Origin: the human T2T-CHM13v2.0 reference genome, Homo sapiens
Reading direction: 5' to 3' (one strand)
Length of the DNA stretch: 64,000 nt
Assembly: GCF_009914755.1 (NCBI RefSeq)
Contig: NC_060932.1
Positions 38,481 through 53,867 of this stretch are shown piece after piece. Made by a program: the position numbers and the translations under genes. The first letter of the stretch is position 1. Each line of letters begins with the position of its first letter. The notes below the pieces were generated by a model. That model saw only the letters and a program-made list of their open reading frames with translations, ran no database searches and was not told the origin of the DNA.

Positions 38481-38929
38481 TGTAATGGGTTGAATTCTGT
38501 CCCCTAAAAAGAAATGTTCAAATTTAAATCCTTGGAACCTCAAAATGGGACCATATTTGGAAATAGGTTCTTTGTAGATGTAATTAAGTGAAGATGAGGT
38601 CATACTGGACTAGGGTGGGCCCTAAATCCAAGGACTGTTGTCCTTATCAAAAAAGGAGATAGTACACACAAAGAATTAAACAGAGAGGAAGGCCATGTGA
38701 AGATGCTGGCAGGAATTAGAGTTATGCTGCCACAACCAGTGAGTGCCCGGAGCCACCAGAAGCTGGAATTGGTTGAGAAAGGTTTTCCCTAAAACCTTCA
38801 GAGAAAACGTAGCCCTGCCAACATCTTGATTTCAGACCTTTGGACTCCAAACATGTGAGAGAATATTTTTGTTGTGTTTAGTCATCCAGTTCAGGGTCAT
38901 TACTACAACAGCTCTAAGGAAAGAATACA
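38481..38929 (+). mobile_element. MLT1C solo LTR
   Basis: 'tgtaatgggttgaatt..gatgaggtcatactggactagggtgggccctaaatcc..gagccaccagaagctgga..gaataca'. Flanks ggctg/ggcca, both derivable from ggccg by CpG decay. Confidence 0.92.
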
Positions 38930-39039
38930 GGCCAGGAGTGAAATTTAGTGACCACACAGCTATGCAGCTAGAGGCAGACAGGTTATATTTACTCAGCTAT
39001 GTTTCTTTGGCTGTCGAGTTCACGAATTTCATAATAATC

Positions 39040-39190
39040 ATTACACTGCATTGTAAATTCTTCTCTATATATTTCAAGCCTGATAAGAGAGACCGTGTTT
39101 GTCTTGCTCATGGTTTAGCCCCAGCAGTAAGCCCAGTGCCTGCCACATACCAGGTGTTCCATAAATGTGTCCAGTTGAATCAGTGGGTTG
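39040..39190 (+). mobile_element. L2 3' end
   Basis: 'gtttgtcttgctcatgg..cccagtgcctgccacataccaggtgttccataaatgtgt'. Confidence 0.65.
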
Positions 39191-39246
39191 ACTTGGATCA
39201 CAAGCAGAGGGGATGGAAGAGGTTAGCACAAAGATCTTTCTAATGC

Positions 39247-39290
39247 TGAGTTTCTCTGCTATAGCAATAACTCAATAGCAGAGAAACTCA
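39247..39290. repeat. Perfect 16-bp inverted repeat with 12-nt spacer
   Basis: tgagtttctctgctat-agcaataactca-atagcagagaaactca. Confidence 0.95.
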
Positions 39291-40828
39291 CCAATTTGCT
39301 TTTTAAAATACCTGGCCTCTCACACGTCTTCCCCATTTTTGTTCCGCTGCATTTGGGAGCACAGTCTGTACCCTATCTGTGTGTGCATTACTTCAATATC
39401 AGGCAGAAATGATCTCTCAAAGGATCCTGGCATTGCTGTGTATGCCAAGGGTTACCACAGTATGCATTGGCATCCTCCAGTGTACATAATCTGGCTGCTG
39501 CCAGCCATTGGGATTCATCATCCTGACTACTCACAGGCCTCTCCTTTCAAAAGCCAGTGGGCCTGATGGATGAGATGGCCTCTCCCAGGGGGCTTTGCCC
39601 GCCTGTGCTGCAGTTTTGCAAGTCTAGCAAGAACTGGCTTTCATTTCAAGCACGTCTCAAGGATGGAGACGTTTAGAGGGGAAAGCACATTTGCAAAAAA
39701 GGAAAGACCAAAACTCCAGATAACAAATGCACCTTAAAATCAGTTTCATGTGCCTCCTTTATAACATTCTGCCCCAGTCTAACTCCCTTAAGTCAGTACC
39801 TAGATGGTAGAGTTGAACAACAAACACAGTTTGTAATTAATAAAATATAGGGTTCTGTATGTTTGTCTGTTTTTATAGTATCCCATTTGTGGTTGGTAAG
39901 GAGAGGTGAGGGTTAATAAGTCAAATTGTTTCATCAAATAGGGCAAAAATCTATTCAAAATAAATAAAGGATACATGTGCTGTCACACAGAAGTTGTGCG
40001 CTGGTAATGGCCAAGCTGTGCCCTTGTGTAGACATGACAAAGAACAGCTGCTCCCTCAGCCTAGCTATGGATCTTGGCTCTTCCACCCGGTACTAGTGTC
40101 ATCCCGGCAGGAAAGACTCCTCAAAACTCCTCAAGGTTCCGTTGGCATACGTATTTACTATGAAGAATAAACCAGGGTTACAGGCACAAGACTCACAATG
40201 TATTACACAAATGATTTTCCACATTGTAAAAACAAATCAAGTTCAGATTCTAATATTTAGACAAAAATAGAAAATTATATCCACTACCTCTCATATATTT
40301 AGTAAGTATATTTCTCTCTTTCTAGATTTGTAAATATCCAAAAAAGCCAATACATGGTAATGAACACATATGTGTATCACACACAAGTGTGTGTAAAGTT
40401 TTTCTCACAACAAACTGGCTTATTTCAAAGCAAAATTTCCTCTAATAAAGTAAACTCATATAATGCTTACAATTAACATTTATTCATTCAGGATCATAGC
40501 GAATATTAATTGTGTTAATGAGTGCAAATACTTGGAAGACTTCCGGATGCATAGAAAAAGTTCAATAAAGGTAATTTATTATTATACTTGTTTGTATTCT
40601 TATTTATTCAACTAACTACAGGCAATTTTTTGAGCATCTACTATTTAAAACACAAGGAATAAGAAAGGAGCTGCCTCTGTTCACTTGAAGCTTAGAATTT
40701 AGGGGAAAGGCCAACACTAAACATTATCATTCTCTCTAATCAATATAATCCAGAAGATGTGTAGTCCCACCAGATGAGCACTTGGGTCTCCAGGCCACCA
40801 CAAGTCCCCTGAAAAAAATCATGGAAAG

Positions 40829-41171
<343 letters not shown>

Positions 41172-41954
41172 TTAACTCTCCTGCCAGGTTCATGGTCATT
41201 TCTGGCCACTTCCAGTGGGCTTTCAGGCTACATTTTTTGCAGAATTATATAACTCCTCAGCAAACGTTGCATTTGGAACTCTGAACAAAGATGGAAGACA
41301 ACTGGCCACCAGTCCACTCAGGCTTCATTTACTTAGAAAGTTCAGGAGAGCCAGTTCTTCATAGCTCTTGGTCCTGATGTTCAAAGATTTCCCCTCACAG
41401 GTAAGCCCCTCTAACTTTCTCCCTACTTAAAGTCTTTCCTCTCTAGACATTCTCTCAAATTCTTCTGTGTGAAAAATCACTGAGTCCAAACAAATAAATT
41501 CCCCACCTCCTGTCCCCAAAAGAAATCTGCAAAAAGATTTGCTCCTCCACGGGTCTCTGGAGGAGCACTGATTCTCCTTCCCTACCTCCATCACCCCATC
41601 CTCCATTCTTAGTTCATTGAACACTGGGCAGATAGAAGTTCTATATTTCTTCATGGACAATCTCAAATCACTATCAACCTTCATATAGCACTTCCTTTTC
41701 TTTGAAATTTGCTCAATCCATTATCAAATAGTGAATAATTTTCATTTGTCCCACATGTATTTGGCCCTTAGACCAAATCTATGTCTAAGGGTAACACATA
41801 GGATTTCAAAAACAATCAAAAGCTGTTTCTATAGTCTAAATAATGCGTCTGCAAAAGGTTTTCGTGTATGTGTGTTTGATGGTGTGGCGGGGATCATCTT
41901 TGTATTTGGAAAAGGCCTAACCTAGTTGAAAGTGAGCAGTAGCTGACATGTAGG

Positions 41955-42413
41955 TGCGATGGTTAATTTTACATGTCAATTTGAGTGGGCCATGGGGTGC
42001 CCAGATTAGACACTGTTTCTGATATGTCTGTGAGGATGTTTGTGGATGAGATTAGCATTTGAATCAGTGGACACAATAAAGCAGATTGCCTTCCTCAATA
42101 TGGTCGGGCATCATCCAATCTACTGAGAGCCTGAATGGAACAAAAGGTCAGGGAAAGAGGAATTCATCCCTATTTTTTCCTACCTTACTGCATGAGCTGG
42201 AATATTTCATGTTTTTATGTCTCAGATTGGGATTTGCATCATCAAATTCTCCTGTTCTCTGGCCTTCAGACTCGGGCTGAACTATAATACCCACTTTCCT
42301 GGGTCTCTAAATGGAAGATGGCTGGGCTTCTGAGCCTCCATAATCCTATGAGCCAGTTCCTCATTGTATAAATCTTACTGGTTCTGTTTCTCTGGAGGAC
42401 CTTGACTAATACA
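41955..42413 (+). mobile_element. MLT2 (B/C) ERVL solo LTR
   Basis: 'tgcgatggttaattttacatgtcaa..gatgagattagcatttgaatcagtgga..ggttctgtttctctggaggaccttgactaataca'. TSD gtagg/atagg. Confidence 0.92.
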
Positions 42414-43443
42414 ATAGGCAAAAACTCTTGAATTCACAAGTTTCACTCTCTGCCCTAGTGTACTGCAATCATGTATCCTACTTATCAACATAGATCATCT
42501 TTTATTAAGAGCTATTGAGGAGTTGGTAACTTCTGTAAAATAATAATAATTAACAATGTTTCCCATGAGAATAGATTTGTATTGCGATTCAGTGTAATTA
42601 TGCCCCAGGCCTCCTTCTGAACTATAAGAGCCCTAACAAGGGCTAATTTATATTGATTTGTGATGTATCCAGCCAGGTCCACCTTCCATCAAGGGGTAAT
42701 AGAACAGGAATTTGTACCAGCTTTCTTCCATTCTTGTTGGTCACTCTGCCACTTTCTTCCTTGTCGGCATTTACTACTTTCTTGACGATCTCTATAATTC
42801 AACAGGACTTTTGCCAGGCATCACATCACAGGTCTAATGTTGCCATTAGCAACTTCGGCATCTATGTTGGTAATTCATCACACTGTCTTACTTTAACTTT
42901 CCTTCACCTTCCTGATTCCAGCAGGCATCACATCCACTCCATTTCAGGAACATTTTCTATCAGAGACAACTGAAACCACTCCTCTTCTGAAATACGTTTT
43001 CCCATTTCTAAGACATGAAATGTCAGCCTTTCAGTCTGGGACTATAACTCCCTCTTCTTTGATATTTCTCTCTTCAGTGTTTCCACCAAGGCTACTTTGC
43101 ATTTTGAGTCTCTGAAACTTTCCCTTTTCTCCAGAACAACTCTAATCTCTCTCTCTATTTCCTGTGACCCATATGAAACCTATGTTCCTTGCCACATCTC
43201 CAGAGAATCTTTAATGTCCTTAGGCTACATTTCCACTTGTCCACCCAGGTACCATGCAGGCTACAGAAGGTGCCCCAGCCATGAGGATCAGCACTATCAC
43301 AATCTTAGAGTCTCTAATGAAACCAACTAAGCATTTCATTATGGGGATTCCTTTGTGGATTTCTGTTCAGCTTCTCCTCTCATTGCCCCCAATCAATTTT
43401 CTCAAATTTTCTCCATCCTTTGCATGACCACTGTTAAAATCTC

Positions 43444-43469
43444 TTTTTTTTTTTTTTTTTTTTTTTTTT
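43444..43469. repeat. Poly(T)26
   Basis: Mononucleotide run. Confidence 0.95.
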
Positions 43470-45244
43470 CAGTAAAAGACTTTTGCTTTCTTCTTTAAGA
43501 CTAGAATTTGGTTCAGGTCATCTGATTCATCTCATTCTTTATATTCTAAGATGACGATTCCTAATATTGTTTGTATGTTGATTACTACAGAATATGTTTC
43601 ACAGCCCACAGTTTTTTTCTTTCTGTGTATCCCCATTTGTATATCCCAAAACTGGGCATTCAATATTTAATACACTATCACCTTATAACCTTATTTCGTC
43701 TTCTATAATATTTCTACTATACTATGTGACTGACTTCAGGATGCCTCTAGATTCTGCATGAAGAACCTGATTTACTAGCAGAAACTTTTCTCTGACATAT
43801 TCAGAGACTTGTATAAAAGGATATTATCATTGAAGAGGCAAATTAAAGTCTTTTGATTTGAAATGTCTCATTTTCTCTGTTAAACAACTATGGTAAAATA
43901 AACACATCATATGAGAGCATTTGTGTTGTGATGAAGGAAAACATTATACATCAGCTAACACTTGCTTTAAGATCAGGATACCACATTCTAGCTGTAAGAC
44001 GGAGCTCTTCTATTAACTGACTGTATGGCTCTCTACAAGTTATTTCTACTTTCCAGACCTTTAGACAATCATGTGAAAATTAAGGGAGTTGCATTAGATG
44101 ATCTCTGTAATTTTCTTTCAAACAAAAAACATTTGAACATTGATGTTTCTATCATTTGAGCTATTTAGTAGAGTTTGCTATGTATTGTACACTCTGGTAA
44201 GTCCAAAGGAAGGCAGAGAAAATATAAAAGAATATTGAAAATTGTAATATTTGCATTTGGATTAAAAATACAGTTTATTGTGACACCAGTGAAGAAAACT
44301 TTATTCCAGTTGTAACTCTGCCAAGAACTTGGTGAATATCCAGAGGTGAGATAGTGCCTTCACTACATACTGCCTCTGTTTTTCCATGTATAAAAAAAAG
44401 GGCATTAACAGTTGATCTGTAAGATGCCTTAGAGTTCTGGATGCTATTGTCTAGTGTCAGGGAAAGATTAAGACATTAATTAATTCAAGTATAAAACACA
44501 GTGGTACAACATTATCCCCCACAATCACTGGGCTGCTTCTAGTCTAAGGATATAGATGCTGAGTAATCTATTCAGCCACCTCCTTTTGAATGCTTGCTTG
44601 AACTCTGTGGGAGCTGAGCCAACTCTTCAGTGTTCTTCACTCAATGGCTTGTCAGTTCCTCCTTTAATAGCAACATTGCACCCTCAATGAGGTGCTACGG
44701 CATTTTTTCCTTGCAAGATGAAAAGAGGTGGTCATGGAACTGGCACAGCTCTGGGATGTAGACATCCTTCCAAATCTCTTTTTTTGAAGAGCCAAATGAT
44801 TCATTCAGGAAATGTTTGAGTGCCCAGTACAGAGGAAATTAGAAAGATTATCTCTTCTAACCTCCATCAATCTCTCCCATTCTCTTCTTGTTTGCATTTT
44901 AGTAGCTCTCAAAGGGTTTATTATCCATTTCTTCAAATTTCCTTTTACTAGTGGGAAGTATAAACTTACAGTTTCAGTAATGCACATTCTCACTTCTGAA
45001 AAGTTAATTGGGGAAATATATGGAAAATGTACTGTTCAAAGTACAGTTGTGTGCAGAAGAGGGGCCCCACCCTATGCCTTCACATATGTCCAGTAGCTTC
45101 CTGATGCATTGGGTTTCAGTGCCAGCAAAGCTCAGCTTCAAAAGCTTAGATGACTTCACTTCCCTCTTCTCTTGCCACTGCCTCCACACTTCTTAGCTGC
45201 TAAGCCCATGCATTCTTCCAAAAAGTCTTTATTGAATAGCTAAG

Positions 45245-45400
45245 AGACAGCATGGTGTGATGGAAATGCCGTTGGATGTCCCAGGGGTGACTTGAGTTCA
45301 CATTCAGGGTCCAGATTTGTTAACTGTGTGACCATGGGATAGCTCTTCTTTTCTGTGCTTCAGTCTCCCCATCTTTAATATTTTATTACCCTGCTTGTAA
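45245..45400 (+). mobile_element. MIR
   Basis: 'gagacagcatggtgtgatggaaa..taactgtgtgaccatggg..tctgtgcttcagtctccccatct'. Confidence 0.7.
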
Positions 45401-45447
45401 TTGGTCAATACTGTACAAACTGATAACAATTCTAATTGACCAGAAAC

Positions 45448-45598
45448 TTTTCTCCAGCTGTATTGAAGTAATTGACAAAGAAAATATATATTTAAAATGT
45501 ATTGTAATTGACAAAGAAAATATATATTTAAGGTATACAACATGATGATTTGATATACATATACATTGTGAAATGATTACCATAATCAAGCTAATTAT
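45448..45598 (-). mobile_element. L1MA 3' end fragment with internal tandem duplication
   Basis: 'tatatttaaggtatacaacatgatgatttgatatacatatacattgtgaaatgattaccataatcaagctaatta'. Confidence 0.8.
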
Positions 45599-45840
45599 GA
45601 CTTAAAAAAGTCTGAAACTTTGTGTGGACAGAGACTTCCCAACTCACTTAACTCATTTATCTTTATATTTCTAGATTTCTAGTTTCTGGCAAATGCCTTA
45701 CCCACAGTAGGTATTCACAGAATTGATGATTTAATGGATAAACCTGAGGCTTCCCAATCTGTTACAACTAAGGCTGCTGAGGGATCATGAGAGACAGGCA
45801 ATAAGGGTCAGATGGAAGAAATTTCTTCAACTGTGGCAAA

Positions 45841-45842
45841 AC

Positions 45843-45873
<31 letters not shown>
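45841..45873. repeat. Imperfect (CA)n microsatellite
   Basis: acacacgcacacacac.. Confidence 0.92.
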
Positions 45874-46334
45874 ATTAGTAGCTGATATAGGCTCTCAACT
45901 GAGTGGCTCCATCAACAGAAGAAAGCTAGCTTCTGTCTGTACCATCTATTTCCTTTAAAAACGTGTAGGGTTTTTTTCTACCTTTATAATCATCTATCCT
46001 TATTAATAATTATTTTCTGTAATTTTACATAAGAATAGAAGATTGGAGACAGATCTACAATTGCATTTACCTGAGACTCATATCCTCTGTGGATGAGTCT
46101 GTGAATATAAAAATGTTAGTGATTTTTGCAATTATAAAAAGAAACCTAGCAAAGGAGAGGCTATGAAAGCCAGAGGACCAGTTCCCCTTAGGCTAGGACT
46201 AGAGATTAAACCACTTTAACACACAATGCTGCAGATTTGAGTCCCAACGAAGGCTCCATCCCAGTTATCAGATAACTATAATAAACTACATCCAAGCTAC
46301 CGCAATATTACAAAAAAAAATCTTCCTGAAACAT

Positions 46335-46732
46335 TGCTATGATTTAAATATGTCCCTCAAAGTGCGTGTGATGGAAACTTAACACCCAATGCAACAGTGT
46401 GGAGAGGTGGTGCATATAAAAGATGGTTAGGTCATGAGGGCTCAGCCTTTATGAATAGATTAATGCCATTATTATGGGAGCGGGTTAGTTATCACAGGAG
46501 TAGGCACCTGACAAAAGGACAAGTTCAGCCCCCATCCTCTCTCTGTCTTGTGCACTCACTTGCCCTTCCACCTTCTGCTATGGGATGACACAACATGAAG
46601 GCCCTTGCGAGATGTTGGCACCATACTCTTGGACTTCCTAACTCCAGAACCATCAGCCAAATAAATTTCTGTTCACTGTAAGTTATCCAGTATGTGGTAT
46701 TCATTTATAGCAATACAAAATTTGCCAAGACA
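46335..46732 (+). mobile_element. MSTC/MSTD solo LTR
   Basis: 'tgctatgatttaaatatgtccc..ggaaacttaacacccaatgcaacagtg..ggtcatgagggctcagcc..ccaagaca'. Confidence 0.9.
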
Positions 46733-46739
46733 CATCTTA

Positions 46740-46900
46740 AGTGGTGTTGTCTTATCCAGTAGCTTAAGCACTGGCTTTGATATAGACCGGTTTGTGTCAA
46801 AACTTAGCCGTGCCACTTTCTCAAATAGTGTTTTCTGGGAAGTCACTTAATTTTTCTAAGCTTGAGTTTCCTCATCTATAAGTGGAAGACAAAACAACAA
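46740..46900 (+). mobile_element. MIR
   Basis: 'gggaagtcacttaatttttctaagcttgagtttcctcatctataa'. Confidence 0.7.
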
Positions 46901-47904
46901 CAATAATAATAAATATATTCAATTAATGAATGGTAGCAAAAATCAAGGTGGTAGATGGATAGCGCATTTATTTGAAAAATTCTACCTTCTCATATGAGTC
47001 AATGATTGTTGTGACATTGAAGCCATGGTCTTACTTCTGGGGCCCCTCACTTCGACTGGGGAAGCCAGATGTAGTCTCATGAAAAGTCAAATAGAAATGT
47101 AAAGAAACAATACAGGAGATGACATGAGCCTGTGGCAGATTAAGTGCTAAGTGAATGGATGGAATCTATCAAGCTGTGTTTTCACAACTCACTGCTGTGC
47201 CTGGCTCTCAAGGAGCCATGGTTGCTTTAAGTAGCTGCCTAGGGGTCCATAAAATGTTTAAGAGCTTTGTCCAGTCCCACAGAGAGAACTTTAAAAGTTT
47301 AAATGGACTTTATCCCAACCTCAGATTTCAGTTGAATATCTATGCAAGGATTCAGTTTAGTATCTTTGAGAGATTAAGGAGTCTCTAAGGGCCTCCCTAC
47401 TAGTCCCAGAATCTTGGTGGAGAAAAATTCACTGGCTCCATTTCAAAATTAAAGAGACAGGTGCTCCAAAGTGATCGTCTACTGACATCCACTGCAGGTT
47501 GGATGTCCAGGCACAGTGCCAGCACATCTCTTATTTGGAAAATGAGTACTTGGACATCATCCTAACTTCCCCAGAAAAGCTTGCACAACTTGATACCTTG
47601 CAGAAAAGTAACCATGAGCACACCACTGACACTGTTGAGTGGTACTGATAAAGACATATCTATAGCAATGATCTATTCATAAAATTTATATATTGAGAGC
47701 TACAGTAGGCCACAAACTTTGCTAGTCCCCCTTAATATGTCATGACTGACAAGAATGAACAAGAGCTTTGTGATCTAGGTATTTTCTTTCTTTTTTTTTT
47801 TTTGGAAAAGGGAACAAACTCAGAGAGATTCTATGACTTGCCCACAGTTGCTGGGCTAGCTAGTTACAGAACTCTAATTCTGTCCTAAGTATTAATAATA
47901 TTTA

Positions 47905-48130
47905 CAGTAGTAATAATAATAATATAAATGAAAAGAAAAATATCTAAGTGGCCAACCACTTTGCTCAACACATTATGTGATTTAATTTTTATAACAATTC
48001 TATCCTTTAGGTACTGCCATTCTCATTTTATAGTTGAAAATGGGGCCTTGAGATTTGTAAGTACTTTGCCCAAGGTTATGTAGGTAGTGTGTGGTTGTTT
48101 CACTCTCAAGCATGTGTCTTTTACACTATT
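47905..48130 (-). mobile_element. MIR
   Basis: 'taggtactgccattctcattttatagttgaaaatgggg..tttgcccaaggttatg'. Confidence 0.65.
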
Positions 48131-48448
48131 CTACATTGCCATTAAAACATAATTTACAGTCTCTGTATGCAAGAATGCTGCCATTTCAACCCGGAGCAGG
48201 CTGCCTGGTAAAGCGTGGAGGATTTGTCTGAGGGTGGGTGGAAGAAACACACTATTTAAGCATGTCTGGGTAAAGGGTATGCAGGGAGGGATTTCTTGTG
48301 TCCAGAAGCTCTGCCATTTGTCCAGATAGTTCTGAGGATGCAAGACAGCTCCTCTATGTTTTACTTCTGTGGTTTCTGAGCTCACAGCTGGAGTGAGGCG
48401 GATGACCATGTAAAGAACAAAGCATGGGCTTGATAGTCCTGCTCAGGC

Positions 48449-49105
<657 letters not shown>

Positions 49106-49559
49106 TTCCTGAGCTAGCTCTGCTATTAACTAGCAAAGAAATATAGGCAAATCTCTAACTCTTTCTACAAATAGACAATAATTTGATGAAGTCAGTAGTT
49201 TTCAAACTATTTTTGAGCCATGGATGGCTTTCTGTTAATAAAACTTTCCCTTGAAACTCAATACATAAGTGTAGCGCAGGAAGAAGGATATTTACAATGA
49301 GTAGAGGGAGCTAGAGGACCAGCACCGCCCTCGCCCCCCACTCCTGGAAATAGCCCCTAAAGGAACTCATTAGTACACCCAAGTTCTAACTATCACAGAT
49401 TTCACAACTAGACTGGCTCATAAGGCTGCCTTAAAGCTGGGGGTACAAGGGTAGACAGGGTATTTCCTATGGGGAATCTGCATAGGAATCTTTCATGGGC
49501 CTCTGATCTCAACTCTTATTCTATTCCTTTTTATTTCATTTCTCTTTTTGTTGTGTGTG

Positions 49560-51176
49560 TTTTTTTAAAGGTTTTGATTTGGTATGCACAGCACCCAATA
49601 TTTTATGTTTTAAAAATCAAGCTCTAATGTACATGCAGAGAAACTCACCATTTATTTTACAATCATACAATTTTTTTTTTTTTTGAGACAGATTCTCACT
49701 CCGTCACCCAGGCTGGAGTGCAGTAGAGCTCCAGACTGCAACCTCCATCTCCCAGATTCAAGCAATTCTCCTGCCTCAGCCTCCCGAGTAGCTGAGATTA
49801 CAGGCACACACCACCATGCCTGGCTAATTTTTGTATTTTTAGTAGAAACGGAGTTTCACCATGTTGTCCAGGCTGGTTTTTAACTCCTGACCTCAAGTAA
49901 TCCACTTGCCTTGGCCTCCCAAAGTGCTGGGATTACAAGCATGAGCCGCTGCACCCAGCCAGTAATGCAGATCCAAAAAATGCCTGCTGTCATGTGAACA
50001 CCACTACCATCAAGATATAGAACAGTTCCAATACCCAGAAACATTTCCCCATGAGTACTGGCCATCAGTTCCCAGTCCCTGGCAACCACCCATATGTTTT
50101 CTATCCCTATAGTTTTACCTTTGCAAGAATGGCATGTAAATGGAATACAGTATAATGACTTTTAAATATGGCTTCTTTCACTTAGTGTAATGCATTTTGA
50201 GATTCATCTATGATATTATGTGTATCAGTAGTTATTTATTTTTTACTGCTAAGTAGTGTTCCAATATAGGGATATACCACAGTTTTTTCATTCATTCACT
50301 AGCTGGTAGCTATTTGAGTTGCTTCCAGATTCTGATGGTCAGGAAGACTAGAACTTTTACAAGCACCCACTTACAGGGTTTTGGGTGAACATAGTTTGCA
50401 TTTCACTTGAATATTTACCTGGCAGTGGGATTGCTGTATGTTGTCTAGTATGTGTTTAACTTTATAGAAAACTGCTAAAGCGTTTTTCAAAGTGGATGTA
50501 CTCTACTGCATTCATATCAGCAATGTATGAGAGTTTCTGTGGCTCTGCATCCTTGTATCCTTGGTATTGTTGAGTTGTATTTTTTTCCCTTGTCATGCCA
50601 TTTTAATATGTATGTAATAGTATCTCATTGTGGCTGTAATGCACATTTCTCTAATAACTAATGAGATAAGACACTTTTATGTATTTATGTCCATTCAGAT
50701 CTTCTGTCTATCTTTTATTGGTTTGTTATCTTCTTATCGGGGTTTGAGAGTTCTTTATATGTTCATGTCCTTTATCAGATATGGAATTTGCAAACATTGT
50801 CTCCTACTCTGAGGCTTCCCTTTCCATTCTCTTACAGTATCTTTAGAAAAGCCAAAGTTCTTAATTTTGATCAAGTCAAATTTATTTTTTTTTTTGTTTT
50901 ATGGATTTTGATTCTTTGAGTCCTATTAAGGAAATATTTGCCTAATCTTAGCTCATAAGAATTTTCTTATAAGTTTTCTCCTAGATATTTTACAGTTTTA
51001 CACTTAGAGGTATGACTTACTTTGAATTAATTTTTGTATAGGATGCAAGTTGTGTTTTCGAGCATGGATGTACAAATGTTCCAGTTAAAAAGACTTCTCT
51101 TTTTCTATCAAATTGCCTTCACGCCTCTGTAAAAACCTAATTTGACCTTGTATGTGTGACCCTGTTCCTGGACCCC
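49560..51176 (-). mobile_element. L1MB/MC 3' region, split by an Alu
   Basis: 'catcaagatatagaacagttcc..ggcttctttcacttagtgtaatgcattttgagattcatc..cagcaatgtatgagagtt..ttcttaattttgatcaagtc'. Confidence 0.88.
49671..49960 (-). mobile_element. AluSz/Sx
   Basis: Poly(T) followed by an antisense dimeric Alu. Confidence 0.96.
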
Positions 51177-51561
51177 CAATATTTTGAAATGAATAAACTT
51201 CTACTTAAACATAAGATGTTTTGTGGACATATAGCCCTGATTTCACTGTGTGGCAGAGGAAATAAACCAAATAGGAGCTTGTGCAACCTGAAATCTGCCA
51301 TGGTCTCTAAGAGTAATGGAGAACCTATCATATAATATAATATGGGCAAAATTAGAAAGATCCTTAGCTCAGCATTAGAAAATGTGAATTAGAGCACTGG
51401 TTCTGCTACAAACTAACTTCAGAACATTTTACAAGTCATGTATACTGGTTATTTCTGACACAATATTGAGAAAAAGAGCATGTACACAATTTAGCTCAAT
51501 ACCAGAGACATAGTAAGCATGCAAAACATACACAGTGCCATAATTATTAAAATATTATCTT

Positions 51562-51915
<354 letters not shown>

Positions 51916-52550
51916 AAATATCATTTCTAAGATCCACCTTAGCTGTAAATTAGAAATCCAACAAGGCGTACTGGAATCAAGAGGCCTCATTCCAAGGTCC
52001 CTATAGATAGGGTCACTCTTCCAAGTGATTGTGTTAGTAGAGTAGGAACACAGCTCAAAGTCTGACCCTCGAAGCTATGCTACCTCTTAGGAGGTGAAGC
52101 CAACCATCAGGCAGGTGCTCACCTAGTGCCTACAGGCAAGATGAAGCAGTATTTTTCATACTTTAAACAGGCAAGTATTAATTCCTACTATGATGAAGGT
52201 GTGGCTTTAACTGCTAAGCAGAGAAAAATTAGTAAAATCTTGCTGTTAAAGACCTCATCTACTAATTGTATGAACATTTCATTTCAATATGAGAAGCTCA
52301 TTGGTGAGAGGTATATGATGACCTTTGGAACAATGGAAAAGAATGTAGTGCCCAAAGAAAGCATAGAAGGCATATAGCTTTATAAAAACTATTATATAAA
52401 CGGATTTAGTGATTCTCTAAGCTTTTTGGATGAAAAGTCCTGAATGCAAAGTGATCCTTAGAAAAAGGTAATTATTTTCTTTTAATATAATAAAACTTTT
52501 CTTATATCAAACGTTAATTTTTTTAATTATAAAGTAAAAGTAAACAAAAA

Positions 52551-52912
<362 letters not shown>

Positions 52913-53374
52913 TCATTTTAGAGAATATGGTGATTCCTTTCACCTTGTATTATTCTTATGTCATTGCAGAAGCCACTGTACTTTGCCTACAAAATTACAT
53001 GTGTGTTTGTGTGTATATGTGTCTATGCTTGGTTCAGCATTTAACATATGATTTAGTTTGACAGGAGACCAACTTTTCTGGAATATATCTTCAGAGTTAG
53101 AGGAGCTTTGCCAGTATTTCAGGAAAATTTCCATGAAGCAGTGTCTACCTACGACAAATGTTTCCAGCCACAATAAATCATGGGGCCACAAAAATATCAG
53201 CCATCTTCCAATAACTGCCTTTTGACCTTACAATGCAGGAACAAATCATTAGTGTACACAATATTGGTTCATGGCTAGCTAATTCCTAAAAGGCCTAGTT
53301 ATTGCATATAATATTCATACATGTAGAAAACAAGGAAAATTCATTGGTTCAATCATACAGTTCCATCTATTCTC

Positions 53375-53445
53375 GCCTTCATTCATTCATTCATTTATTC
53401 ACTCATTTATTCAACAAATATTTATGAAGTACTTTCCACAGTTCA
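53375..53445 (-). mobile_element. L2 3' tail (TTCA)n
   Basis: 'ttcattcattcattcatttattcactcatttattcaacaaatatttat'. Confidence 0.7.
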
Positions 53446-53867
53446 GGTTCTGGAATGGCTTTTGGTTGTCCTGGCTTTACTGAGCCTAAGCTTGAGACTG
53501 TATATAATGTGTCTTTACATTGCTTGGACTATAGACTTGGCTTTGGAAGGATCCATGCCTCTGCCATTGAACACTTAGAGCATTTTAGAATGAACACTTT
53601 TTTATCCACACTACAATCTCTCAGTCTACATTTTTTCTATTTCCCCTAACACTAATCTGTCACAAAGTTGTTATGCCAACCAGGGTAAAAAGGGGATAAT
53701 TCCTTATATCTTTCTTTGCTAGCAAGGCTAATTACTAAGTAACTATTTTGGATTAAAGAATTTTTAAATTTCTGATGGAAAGAAGAATATTACAGTGTTT
53801 CAAAGGCTAGAGTTTACTCCAATGCTAACAAATACACAATACTTTAAAATAGTTTTTATTTCCTATC

